Assembly (NCBI GenBank): GCA_964421535.1
Contig: CAYQYB010000002.1
Location: 1 to 45,231, forward strand
Source of the DNA: an uncultured Verrucomicrobiota bacterium
GTDB taxonomy: Bacteria > Verrucomicrobiota > Kiritimatiellia > CAIQIC01 > JAGNIJ01
DNA: 45,231 bases
Reading direction: 5' to 3'
The translations under genes and the position numbers were made by a program. Shown piece after piece: positions 17,401 through 24,077 of this stretch (its first letter is position 1; every line of letters begins with the position of its first letter). The notes below the pieces were generated by a model. It did not search any database and had not been told where the DNA came from. It saw only the letters and a program-made list of their open reading frames with translations.

Positions 17401-20400
17401 CTGCCAGATCGTTTCCCCGGTCTCTGCGGAGACGGCATACAGCGGATCGTTCGCTCCGCCGAAGTACACCACGCCATCCCGGACGCAGACGGGCGTGGCG
17501 TTGATGTTCGTCAGGTTCCGCTTCCACTTGAACGTGCCGGTCGCCGCGTCGATCGCGTAGACCGCGCCGGTCGGGGCGCCGTAGTTGTTCTTCGTCGTCC
17601 CGTACACCGTTCCGTTCGCCACCGCGAGCGAGTAGCGGTTCCACATCTCGCCCGCGGACAGGGAGTACGTCCACAGGTTCGAGCCCGTCGCCGGGTTGAC
17701 GGCGGACAGCAGGGTCGAGAAGTAGTTGTACGTGATAAACATCCGGTCCCCTTCAATGACCGGAGCTCCGCCGTAATCAAAGTAGTTGGTCCACTTGCTC
17801 TGCAGGGGGAAGGACGCCGGGCCGGACGGCAGCGCGCCGCTGCGCGCGTTGTCGCCGCGGTACATCGTCCCGTCTGAATCGTCGTTCACCGCCGGCGGAG
17901 TGCTGTTGCCGAACGCGTACAGCATCTCGTGGCCGTCGGGCGCGAGCGTCAGCGTGAACACCCCGTCGCTGGCCTGCTCGATGATCCGGCCCGCTTCGAA
18001 CGCGCGGATCGTCTTGCCGACCAGCATGTCGCTCTGGAGCGCGAAGGTCTGCGGCGCGCCGCCGGTCGGGTTGAAGTAATCGTAAAGATAGTTCTTCACC
18101 TGGATGAGGATCGCGCCGTTCGTGCACGTGCGGTACTCGGGCAGGCAGAGGTATGCGTTCGCGCCCACGGCCTTGATCGCCGGCTGGACGCCGCAGTAGT
18201 CCTTAAGGATCCCGCCGAGTACGTCGTAGCGCCACTGGTACGGCAGGTTGTCGGGATTGTAGTCTCCGTTGCCGTCAGGCAGGCAGTCCAGCGAGTGCAG
18301 TACGATGACCGCCTTGCCCGCGCCGTGGCTCTTCGCCACCACCGCCGGGGCGAATGTGTCGGCGTCGACGTACAGCGAGCCGATCGGTGAGTTGGTCGCG
18401 CGATCGAGCTTCCGGACTGTGCGCCCGAACGCCACGTTCGAGGGCGCGATGGAAGACGCGGTGAACAGCTGCCACGCGTTGTTCGCCGCAGTCAGCCGCG
18501 GGCTCTCGGCGGAACTGATCAGGTTCGAGTTCTTGTCGTACCATTCGATCATCACCACGCCGAACGTGCCGTTCGAAAGGCCGTCGTCGCTGTTGTTCCT
18601 CAGGTAGGCATCGGCCGTGTACTTGTGGCCGGGAAGCGCTTCGAAATTCTGCCACAGGCCCGCCCAGCCCATCAGCCGCACCATGTTCGTGCCTTCGTAG
18701 GGGAACCAGTCGCGGATCTCGTAAAGGCCCCACGTGTTCCAGCCCGGCAACCACGCCGCGCTGCTCTCGAAGCCGCGGTTCGTGCCGGTGTCCATCTTCG
18801 CCCACAGCGTGCCGCCGTTCCCGTTCACGCGCACGCGGTCGTTGTACTTCCACACGCTCGGATTGTACGTGTAGTTCACCAGGCTGGCCGGGGCGTTCGT
18901 GTTGTACTGGATGTTGATCCGGCGGTAGTAGTTCCAGTAGATGCTGTCGTCCATCGATCCCGCCGGCTGGATCGCGCCGACGTCCGACGCGTCCACGCCG
19001 AACAGCTGCGACACTTCGTTCGAGAACGCCGCGCGCGGCTTGCCCCACCGGTCCTGCATGCCCGGCAGATCCGCCACCGCGATCACGTGGATGCCTTTCG
19101 GCAGAACTTGGGTGAGGAAGAAGTTCAACACGCTGTTCGTGTAGCCCGGCACCGTGTCGCTCACGCGCATGTTGCGCGGAAGAATGATCGCCTTGAAGTT
19201 CGTGTACGCGCCGTTCGCGAGTTCGCTGACGCCCATCAGGAAGTTGGGTTCGAAGCCCAGGCGCTCCAGCGCGCCGGCCTCGTGCTGCATTTCGTTTTCA
19301 AACCGGATGTACTGCGAGTCCGTTGCGTCGTCCCAGAAGAACGCGATGTCCGGCTTCGGGTCGGCGGAGCCTCTCAGCAGGTCGGCAATCTTCACCTGCT
19401 CCATCAGGTTGAAGGTGTCTCGCGTGGTCCAGAACGCGGGCTTGATGACGCGGTCGCCGTACAGAATGCCGAAGCCCTTCTCGCGGTCGGTGATCCACGG
19501 CCGGTCCTGCCACGTGAACACGTGCGTGCCGATGCCGCCCGCCGCCAGGCTCTCCCACAGCGCGTTGCGGATGAGAACGCCCTGCCGGTCGAGAGTCATC
19601 CCCGGGAAAAGCGTCTCGGAACTCGTGAATCCTGTTTCGCTGTAGACCACCGGGATGCCCGCGGTCTTCTTCGTATAGGAAATGCCCCACTGCCCGTTTC
19701 GTGTTTCGGAACCGTCCATCGCCCACGGGTAGTTGTTGATCGAGAAGAAACCCAGGGCCGCGTTGTTCGACGCGCAGGCGCGCGCGATTTTGCCGCGGTC
19801 TTCCGCGTGATAGCGCCAGTCTTCCTCGCCCCACTGCATGCCGACGGTTGAATAGGAGAGAAGATGGTTCGTGTCCCCTACACGCGCGGCGCGGGCGCCG
19901 GCCGCCGTGAAGCCGGCGATCGAGTCCTCGTGCCACTGCACCATGTCCGACCACAGCGCCCCCTTCGGCCCCTTCCACTCGTACGTGTCCGACAACACGA
20001 TCGCGCTGAAGCTCGTGTACGCGCTTCCCCATTTCGCGTTCAGGTTCGTGATCTGCGTGTACTTCTGCGTGCACCAGGTCCGGAACGCCGTCTCGCAGTT
20101 CGTGTCGTACCCGTCATACTTCAGGCTCCACAAGCCCAGGTAGCCGTACTCGTTGCCCACGATCCAGCCCGCGATCGCCTTCGAGTTCTTGTAGCGGGCG
20201 CAGACCGTGTACAGGAAGTTGGAGTACTGCGCGCGCGCCAGCGGATTCTCGTAGTTGATGATGTCGGACTGCCAGCGGTTCGTGTGCATGATCCCTTCGT
20301 TGTCCAGTCCGGGAGGATGCATCGTATAGTACGAATCCGGGAACCAGTTCGGCGGCCACTGGTAACCGACGAGCGCAAAGATCCGCATGTCGCGTTGCTC

Positions 20401-20736
20401 GCACGCCGAGACGAGGTAGTCGTAGTTCGTCCAGCTCCATATATTGTCGCCCAACTCCTCGATGTGCTGCCAGACGAAGTCGACGCGAATCGAGTTCGCG
20501 CCCATCTTCTTCATCTCGTCGAGGTCGTAGTCGATCTGGTCTTTCGTCTGCCAGACGCCCAACGGCCGGTTCCAGGTTTGATACGCGATGCCATGCGGCA
20601 CCCATGGTTGCCCTGTGCCGGAGTCGTAGAAATATCCGTCCTGCATTTTTATGAATCCCGTCATCGCGGGATATGCGGGAAGGATAATCACTGCGAGGAA
20701 GAACACGGTGAGAACACCGAGCAACCAACTACGCAT
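11407..20736 (-). CDS. giant (3109 aa) secreted multi-domain glycoside hydrolase-like protein
   Basis: AAGGAGG lies 6 nt upstream of ATG 20736, and there is an N-terminal signal/anchor helix (LLGVLTVFFLAVIILPAYPA). Modules from N to C: (1) clan GH-A (GH42/GH5-like) TIM barrel with GNEYG (acid/base-type) and YSETGF (nucleophile-type) motifs, plus a GH42-like middle domain; (2) CBM4/9-like jelly roll (NRGFESSAAW...); (3) PQQ-like beta-propeller repeats (AIDAATGTFKWK, AVSAETGETIWQ, ALNPTNGAQLWS); (4) LamG-type domain (LTLSFWIKG...GVMDEIKIFNTCLT); (5) further DUF1080-like jelly rolls; (6) C-terminal BNR/Asp-box propeller (SGNGGTNW, TTDGGLTW, TVNGGATW x2, SADAGATW, TTDGGASW). Confidence 0.9.
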   Translation of the reverse strand: MRSWLLGVLTVFFLAVIILPAYPAMTGFIKMQDGYFYDSGTGQPWVPHGIAYQTWNRPLGVWQTKDQIDYDLDEMKKMGANSIRVDFVWQHIEELGDNIWSWTNYDYLVSACEQRDMRIFALVGYQWPPNWFPDSYYTMHPPGLDNEGIMHTNRWQSDIINYENPLARAQYSNFLYTVCARYKNSKAIAGWIVGNEYGYLGLWSLKYDGYDTNCETAFRTWCTQKYTQITNLNAKWGSAYTSFSAIVLSDTYEWKGPKGALWSDMVQWHEDSIAGFTAAGARAARVGDTNHLLSYSTVGMQWGEEDWRYHAEDRGKIARACASNNAALGFFSINNYPWAMDGSETRNGQWGISYTKKTAGIPVVYSETGFTSSETLFPGMTLDRQGVLIRNALWESLAAGGIGTHVFTWQDRPWITDREKGFGILYGDRVIKPAFWTTRDTFNLMEQVKIADLLRGSADPKPDIAFFWDDATDSQYIRFENEMQHEAGALERLGFEPNFLMGVSELANGAYTNFKAIILPRNMRVSDTVPGYTNSVLNFFLTQVLPKGIHVIAVADLPGMQDRWGKPRAAFSNEVSQLFGVDASDVGAIQPAGSMDDSIYWNYYRRINIQYNTNAPASLVNYTYNPSVWKYNDRVRVNGNGGTLWAKMDTGTNRGFESSAAWLPGWNTWGLYEIRDWFPYEGTNMVRLMGWAGLWQNFEALPGHKYTADAYLRNNSDDGLSNGTFGVVMIEWYDKNSNLISSAESPRLTAANNAWQLFTASSIAPSNVAFGRTVRKLDRATNSPIGSLYVDADTFAPAVVAKSHGAGKAVIVLHSLDCLPDGNGDYNPDNLPYQWRYDVLGGILKDYCGVQPAIKAVGANAYLCLPEYRTCTNGAILIQVKNYLYDYFNPTGGAPQTFALQSDMLVGKTIRAFEAGRIIEQASDGVFTLTLAPDGHEMLYAFGNSTPPAVNDDSDGTMYRGDNARSGALPSGPASFPLQSKWTNYFDYGGAPVIEGDRMFITYNYFSTLLSAVNPATGSNLWTYSLSAGEMWNRYSLAVANGTVYGTTKNNYGAPTGAVYAIDAATGTFKWKRNLTNINATPVCVRDGVVYFGGANDPLYAVSAETGETIWQSSNTVGSSHYAGVTLASNKLLIVVGSTMYAFNTTNGSQMWSTYIPRSGWAQSAPAVYSNRIYVAMNDGGDGVRVYDLNTGSNLFHYSGFNIMFQQTGPAVANGRMFILGQQLSSTNCYMYAFNAASTSLLWQVQFPLAYGSSVMCANNAIYFNADKFYALNPTNGAQLWSGDYLYGGYSSYDPFTKNGWAFFNAGSYFYAFSDGTAWPFAVVDTNVPYVVQIKDGPSIIHPVGYSNRLISVRVKYDSAGTAGLTLRLAFMEAGDNGDGVTNEIYQVLTTNAVANGENIFWMWIPDYSTTDTDYKSTIDGGKYQFLASLEVSPTQRVAESTPFPTRLEWGIRPTATISNNLIKGQVVSIPVEWEDLYEQLYWQNTPLARNSAFPSRVAIFRSSKTEQYYPGQFTKVNAVCDWLQRLGYSNSNPQDVLFDNVLVNGTFTDDFNDGNYTGWARLAGCGNWAVLPSPTSLVTGTVGYWKCDEAAWTNGVRQVVDSSGRANHGTPVNGPRTTNDARRTRAGSFTSTNYVICTNTSYLQVNSNLTLSFWIKGQNIGSGRINPLDKSYGGEFSLTIETNRSLNFFQGKAKVSGQYISWAALPANSVTNNSWMHITITRDGKNRTLKSFVNGIQRNTTTYANDTNTLPVKTTNAVLIARGYTGYGLNGVMDEIKIFNTCLTSNQVMEDYRNTGSGYSLRAWRIGNDDNLFGISSGTWTNHTLSMDVRYQKKGYYFSDAEMLFRYQNRSNYYKVGIRNYYGFWRIKYTVKAGGAVAQQGWLYDFAKTNIPAENLWYNLKVEAYGSTNKVYFNNALVGTFWATNFASGKVALGTRAEQLGIWEPQKGYYFIDDDELSYYGDNGETLAVGKPLNLDWGYLQSFFPMLVLPSTYVMSDTEVLNVRTWLTNGLHSLLATDGGVARRNELNANDTGRIEDLFGVATTITNLTLVSRVVVGTNDHYVTLDYKPGSNLTASGAAVVWPLVTSGKALGTITNAGGKPALIVNTITNNPGAPAKVFCFNFGIDTGTLLTGTVFSNLAKRAFEWVQGQAYKVRLELKYQLDPLNPDGDLTVVVTNGWILTGSGTNTLYITIPTENIMTGTNLYWSMFVYPWDAADPWLAAGGSYSSGNDGGPLVKLAGCGLQLMGLPRYVYAGRDWDIWTLYNATQSVAMAYGFKEKGTLLNEDNFNDATLSGWTITPHANISWQETNNMLYATVLGTNYGYAYVTRTGLNVTGRNVTVEYRAYFNNASEGGMTFGGRVCYVNPTLCGWADNVPNYVSNQVPQLQWVDVRVSIRDGAPYKRTDLYVNNVPVFLDEPIQVTNWTSTTVGFLSPYYAGTMNIDSFRLVDEQYSTALRDNVLGEFAPKTTNDMLWATVPDYDPAWWEYDGSAYGGVYEFFAYLREENTRGSQAASLYFTPRLMVEQATFPTNLSIGQTVNVPVDWENLDIVPSRMGIYLQDAMTGCRYMESNFAVSVASGSGAYPITIPAGVPPGSNYAWVAYIYPTNAADPQGQRIGRDDTFRFAPSGAGVEPETTVRMNSTGGSYIAYADIGIPMGASAPVWGSSINDGNYTNGAPEGVKYWKSIVPYLYGGWGVFYPSFTIDLSRFNYMKFWVKSRRPIKIEIEAPLNTKKAVDLYGSNWNPALAGQWQEVTIPITNFGFGRPLTNVFGSFSVTLLAPRSKSLSFPSTNVGYAVGSMYDGGRGVQVSSILKTSGNGGTNWTFLTPGTNFELATFYDVDFVSTNTGWIAAADKGVLRTTDGGLTWTQQTNGFTNASIWSVDFIDANTGWALDRAVHGRIFKTVNGGATWTAQYACTNMYVYYSKLRFANANNGWAVGGFWYGTGKVMRTVNGGATWTELDVGTEVLVDVFVINATNVVVSGEGAAIRKSADAGATWTDIGIPASYDAFYGTGWQNTQTGFVCGVNGSVYKTTDGGASWSGSWCGYYGNASDFVFTDSGTLFMALDTPFNTPCILKSTDFSSSYPSWQRMDGDANQFSIDNVRWSLTP

Positions 20737-20844
20737 ATACAGCCTCCTTGTGCGACGCGAACAACTCAGATCGAGAATCCAAGCTGAATTGATGAATAGG
20801 TATGCAACAGAATGAAAGGTGTATAGAGGCAGTGTAACAATTTA

Positions 20845-20860
20845 CAAAAAATATTTTTTG
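20845..20860. promoter_or_regulatory. perfect 16-bp AT palindrome in the giant-gene upstream region
   Basis: CAAAAAATATTTTTTG is its own reverse complement. It sits in the AT-rich stretch about 110 bp upstream of ATG 20736, next to -35/-10-like hexamers on the minus strand (TTGTAA, 16 nt, TATACA). Confidence 0.3.
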
Positions 20861-20909
20861 CCCAATATCAACAGATGTGTAAGCGATTACATTCGTGGGC
20901 AGAAAAATT

Positions 20910-20996
20910 GCGCTGGGAAAGGAGCGCTCGACGAACTGATCAGGCTGACAGTCGGTCAGTACTTCGCCGCTCGATACAACATGCGCTTCCCAGCGC
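20910..20996. repeat. 87-bp imperfect inverted repeat (potential RNA/DNA stem-loop)
   Basis: The outer 10-bp arms are perfect: GCGCTGGGAA (20910-20919) and TTCCCAGCGC (20987-20996). There is an inner 5-bp stem CTGAC/GTCAG around 20945-20959 and further partial pairing. Confidence 0.35.
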
Positions 20997-21023
20997 CTCC
21001 GGTTGACCCGTTACTACTTGGTA

Positions 21024-21056
21024 CAAAAAAGCTGTTAGTCTGGAAGAGCTAACAGC
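21024..21056 (-). terminator. orphan rho-independent-type terminator on the minus strand
   Basis: 8-bp stem GCTGTTAG (21031-21038) / CTAACAGC (21049-21056) with a 10-nt loop. On the minus strand the hairpin is followed directly by TTTTTT (21025-21030). No annotated minus-strand gene ends here. Confidence 0.4.
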
Positions 21057-21269
21057 GTTGAATTGCAAGCTATCCGAAATCCCATCCCGACTCAAGCCAA
21101 AAAGGGCCGCCTCGCCGAAAACCCGCGTCAAATCAGCGCGGAAACGGTGTTTTTTGTGCCACCAAAATCATTTTTTTGCATTACGCAACCGCATTCCTGT
21201 TCGGCAACAGATGTCCGCGCCATCCGCGGTCCCTCTTCGTCGTTGTAAATCGCACCCGCGCCTCTCGAC

Positions 21270-21531
21270 CCGGCGAAGCCCACTCTTCCAGAGGTCAGCC
21301 GCCTTCGCCGAGCCTACGGCGTGCCAAGGAGGTCAGCTCCCGGCAGGAGCGCCGCTCTCTTTCCGTTAACCTCCCCCACCTTTGCGTCTCTTTGCGCCCT
21401 TCGCGCCTTTGCGTTGAAATCCTTCCGTCTCCTCGTCGTTTCACCCCACCGCGCCTTTACAGTCCGGCGAAGCCCACTCTTTCATCTGCGCCTATCTGCG
21501 TGTTCCGCGGGCAACCTTCTTTCCGTTAACC
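21270..21531. repeat. two copies of a composite intergenic repeat
   Basis: CCGGCGAAGCCCACTCTT occurs at 21270-21287 and 21464-21481. TCTTTCCGTTAACC occurs at 21358-21371 and 21518-21531. The internal spacing is unequal (102 vs 68 nt). Confidence 0.55.
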
Positions 21532-21553
21532 CGCCTTCCATCCCCTTTCTTCT

Positions 21554-21583
21554 TTCGTGTATTTCGCGTATTTCGTGGTTAAC
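21554..21583. repeat. left arm of an imperfect ~30-bp inverted repeat bracketing the flavin reductase gene
   Basis: TTCGTGTATTTCGCGTATTTCGTGGTTAAC. The reverse complement of 22124-22154 is TTCGTGTCCATTCGTGTTTTTCGTGGTTAAC, which shares the TTCGTGT start and the TTTCGTGGTTAAC end. Confidence 0.55.
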
Positions 21584-21603
21584 ATCTTGTCAGGAGGTCT
21601 TAC

Positions 21604-22128
21604 ATGAGCACATTCACAGAACTTCGCCCCGAGGACATCAAGGACAACCCGTTCAAGCTCATCGGCGGCGACTGGATGCTCATCACCGCCGGCGATATGA
21701 AGTCCTTCAACACGATGACCGCGAGCTGGGGCGGCCTCGGCGTGCTCTGGGACAAGAACGTCGCGTTCTGCTTCGTCCGGCCCACGCGCCACACGTTCGA
21801 GTTCATGAACAAGGCAGAGACCTTCACGCTCTCGTTCTTCGACGAACGGTATCGCGGCGTGCTGACCTACTGCGGCTCCCACTCCGGCAAGCACGTCGAC
21901 AAGGTCAAGAAATGCGGCATCACGCCGGTGAAGGGCTCGACCGACGACGTCTACTTCGCAGAAGCCCGCCTTGTCCTCGAATGCCGCAAGCTCTACTTCG
22001 CAGATATCAACCCGTCCGCGTTCCTCGCGCAGACACTGACGGATGTTTATCCGGAGAAGGATTATCATCGGATGTATATCGGCGAGATCGAGCACGTCCT
22101 CTGCAGGGAAGTTACGAAGACGGGTTAA
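21604..22128 (+). CDS. flavin reductase-like (FMN-binding split-barrel) protein
   Basis: 174-aa ORF with CAGGAGG 7 nt upstream of the ATG. Typical N-terminal pattern of the flavin reductase-like domain family (NPFKLIGGDWMLITAG...FNTMTASWGGLGVLWDKNVAFCFVRPTRHT). Confidence 0.82.
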   Translation: MSTFTELRPEDIKDNPFKLIGGDWMLITAGDMKSFNTMTASWGGLGVLWDKNVAFCFVRPTRHTFEFMNKAETFTLSFFDERYRGVLTYCGSHSGKHVDKVKKCGITPVKGSTDDVYFAEARLVLECRKLYFADINPSAFLAQTLTDVYPEKDYHRMYIGEIEHVLCREVTKTG

Positions 22129-22154
22129 CCACGAAAAACACGAATGGACACGAA
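22124..22154. repeat. right arm of the inverted repeat bracketing the flavin reductase gene
   Basis: GTTAACCACGAAAAACACGAATGGACACGAA overlaps the TAA stop (22126-22128). A third, degenerate copy in the left-arm orientation (CTCCGTGTCTCCGTGGTT) lies at 23922-23939. Confidence 0.55.
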
Positions 22155-22190
22155 GGGGATGCGTCTTCGTCAGCACTCCAATCTCTGAAG

Positions 22191-22238
22191 ATTGGGGAGA
22201 TCGAACGGGTGCTGCACCGCGAACCGACGAAGGGTTGA
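22191..22238 (+). pseudogene. relic 3' end of a flavin-reductase homologue (15 codons + stop), out of frame with and downstream of the intact gene
   Basis: 22191-22238 translates to IGEIERVLHREPTKG*. The end of the intact gene (22078-22128) is IGEIEHVLCREVTKTG*. Twelve residues are identical, and most nucleotide differences are synonymous-type third-position changes. Confidence 0.5.
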
Positions 22239-22267
22239 GACACGGAAGTAAAGGAGAGGGGGACATT

Positions 22268-23842
22268 ATGAACAGCGCCAGACTGTCCTTGGCCTTCAAA
22301 GCCGGCACGTTTCTGATCCTTTCAGCTCTTATCCAGTCCATGCTCTTCTGCGCATCCGCGGCAGAGACAACTTTGAGGCCGACCGCGAAGAACCCGGGCG
22401 CCGCTCCCGGTGCTGGGCAAGCCGACTACAAGATCGGCATGCAATATCTGCGCGGAGAGGGCGTCCGCACGAATTACGCTCTGGCGGCGGAGAGTTTTCG
22501 CAAGGCCGCAGAAGCGGGGAATACTCCTGCCCAGACCGAGTTGGGTGTGCTGTACGAAAACGGATGGGGAGTGCCTCGTGACATAACGAACGCGGCGTTG
22601 TGTTACAGAATCGCGGCGGAGGCGGCGGATGTCGAAGGATGCTATCGCCTGGGCCTCTGTTACCATAACGGATCCGGTATGGAATCGAACACGGCCAAGG
22701 CGGCAAAATGGTTCCGCACCGCGGCGGAAGCCGGTCATCCCCGCGCGCAAAGCCAACTCGGATCCATGCTCTTCTTCGGCGACGGCGGCTTGCGCCAGGA
22801 CCAGGCCGAGGCCGTCAAGTGGTACCGAAAGTCCGCGCTCCAAGGCGACCGGCGCGCCATGAACAACCTCAGCTTCTGCCTCGAAGCCGGCTGCGGCGTC
22901 GATGCGAGCCAGGACGAGGCGGCCGAGTGGTGCTTGAAGGCCGCAACACTCGGCGATGATATAGCCCAGACGCGACTTGGATTGCATTTTATCGACGGGG
23001 CATGGCCGGGTGTACCCGTGAATCCGTCTACCGGGCTCGAGTTTCTGCGCAAAGCGGCCGAACAAACCAACATAACAGCGATGACCGCACTGGCGCACTG
23101 TTACGAGAGTGGAACCGGCGTGAAGCGCAGCAGGCAGACCGCAAAGGAGTGGTACAACAAGGCATGCGACATGGGCGGGGTGGGTAAGATCTCAGGGATT
23201 GTCTTCGAGTACTTGATGAACGCGGAGTCCATCCAAGACTACCCCGATGCCATCCGTTGGCTCGACCGGGCCGCGGCCGCCGGACAGTCCGACGCCTGCC
23301 TCATGTTGGCCGGCTTCTACGGGAACGCGATGGAGGACATTGATCTCAAGGCGTTGCTGCAAGAACAAGGCCTTTTCGACAAGGTAAAGGCTGCGTATCT
23401 TTTCATGCAAGCTGACAGGGGCCAGTACTTCCCCGGTGAGACCAGCGCCTCCAATCAATTTGCTGAAGCCGCGCAACTCGCTCCCGCTTACACAAATGCC
23501 GCCCGGTTTCTTATGTATGATTCGAAGAAGATCAGCTCCGCGATGAAGAGACAGTTCCATAATAACACGCTGCCTCCAGAACTGGAGAGTATCGGCGCCG
23601 CCATGGTCCTGGCAACGAACCCGCCAGGATCTGTCATGATTGACAAACAAATCGTATCTCAAGGCACCGTCACCACGAATGCCAATGGCGCGGTTGTCAC
23701 TGAAATCAATCTTTTCGGCGACGACATCCCTCAGGAAGCGATTGACCTAATGCCGGAGTTGTCAAACGCGACCATTTACCGCCCTGCCGTAACCCGGCCC
23801 ACAAACAGCGTCGGAAACGCGCCCGTGATAATTTTTCATTAA
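22268..23842 (+). CDS. secreted Sel1-like repeat (SLR/TPR-family) protein
   Basis: Start at ATG 22268 (AAGGAGAGGGGG upstream), with signal peptide MNSARLSLAFKAGTFLILSALIQSMLFCASAAE. At least six Sel1-type repeats (for example AAEAGNTPAQTELGVLYENGWGVPRDITNAALCY and AAEAGHPRAQSQLGSMLFFGDGGLRQDQAEAVKWY). GC is visibly lower (about 55% in two hand-counted 60-nt lines) than in flanking genes. Confidence 0.85.
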   Translation: MNSARLSLAFKAGTFLILSALIQSMLFCASAAETTLRPTAKNPGAAPGAGQADYKIGMQYLRGEGVRTNYALAAESFRKAAEAGNTPAQTELGVLYENGWGVPRDITNAALCYRIAAEAADVEGCYRLGLCYHNGSGMESNTAKAAKWFRTAAEAGHPRAQSQLGSMLFFGDGGLRQDQAEAVKWYRKSALQGDRRAMNNLSFCLEAGCGVDASQDEAAEWCLKAATLGDDIAQTRLGLHFIDGAWPGVPVNPSTGLEFLRKAAEQTNITAMTALAHCYESGTGVKRSRQTAKEWYNKACDMGGVGKISGIVFEYLMNAESIQDYPDAIRWLDRAAAAGQSDACLMLAGFYGNAMEDIDLKALLQEQGLFDKVKAAYLFMQADRGQYFPGETSASNQFAEAAQLAPAYTNAARFLMYDSKKISSAMKRQFHNNTLPPELESIGAAMVLATNPPGSVMIDKQIVSQGTVTTNANGAVVTEINLFGDDIPQEAIDLMPELSNATIYRPAVTRPTNSVGNAPVIIFH

Positions 23843-23921
23843 TCCGCGGTCGAATAGCCCCGCCGCCTCACCTCGGTCACAGGACTTGCTTCATCCGCGG
23901 TCGAAGATCATTCCCTGGATT

Positions 23922-23996
23922 CTCCGTGTCTCCGTGGTTGGGATTCGGAGTATGAGTGTGAGTAAGAGCATGAGTATGAGTACGAGAGCGAGCGTG
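23922..23996. repeat. intergenic repeat block: degenerate TTCGTG...CGTGGTT element plus (GAGNRN)n hexamer tract
   Basis: CTCCGTGTCTCCGTGGTT (23922-23939) is followed by GAGTATGAGTGTGAGTAAGAGCATGAGTATGAGTACGAGAGCGAGCGTG (23948-23996). A 12-nt direct repeat TCCGCGGTCGAA also occurs at 23843-23854 and 23894-23905. Confidence 0.5.
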
Positions 23997-24077
23997 ATCC
24001 GTCTTCACTGCCCTGCGATTGTTGTATTGATCCGCACACAGGGAGCGGGGAGAATCCGGGGCATGGAGGGTAGCGGA

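Noticed and set aside
12043-17877. 1944-aa ORF on the + strand, the longest plus-strand ORF in the window
   Set aside because: It lies entirely antisense to the 3109-aa gene. Its translation is monotonous R/A/V/D/H/P/G-rich sequence with no motif. Long stop-free antisense frames are expected opposite GC3-rich genes. The sense frame carries many independent domain signatures, an RBS, a signal peptide and a terminator.
20819-21529. Short ORFs 20819..21052, 20940..21131, 21058..21369, 21063..21248 and 21176..21529 in the long intergenic region
   Set aside because: They start at non-ATG codons or lack an RBS. They read through hairpins and the duplicated repeats, and they give low-complexity S/P/R-rich peptides. 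I treat the region as non-coding.
21358-21583. Possible CRISPR-like array suggested by repeated ...CCGTTAACC / GGTTAAC motifs
   Set aside because: There are only two to three short copies with unequal spacing (160-194 nt) and different flanks. There is no regular repeat-spacer periodicity and no cas genes.
22043-22267. Upstream extension of the Sel1 ORF (listed start 22043) and ORF 21321..22238
   Set aside because: Both read through the flavin reductase gene, the inverted repeat and the relic fragment. The Sel1 protein has a clean signal peptide and RBS at ATG 22268.
23886-24077. Upstream extension of the lipoprotein ORF (listed start 23886)
   Set aside because: It translates the hexamer repeat tract (SMSVSKSMSMS). 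A canonical lipoprotein signal peptide begins at ATG 24078.
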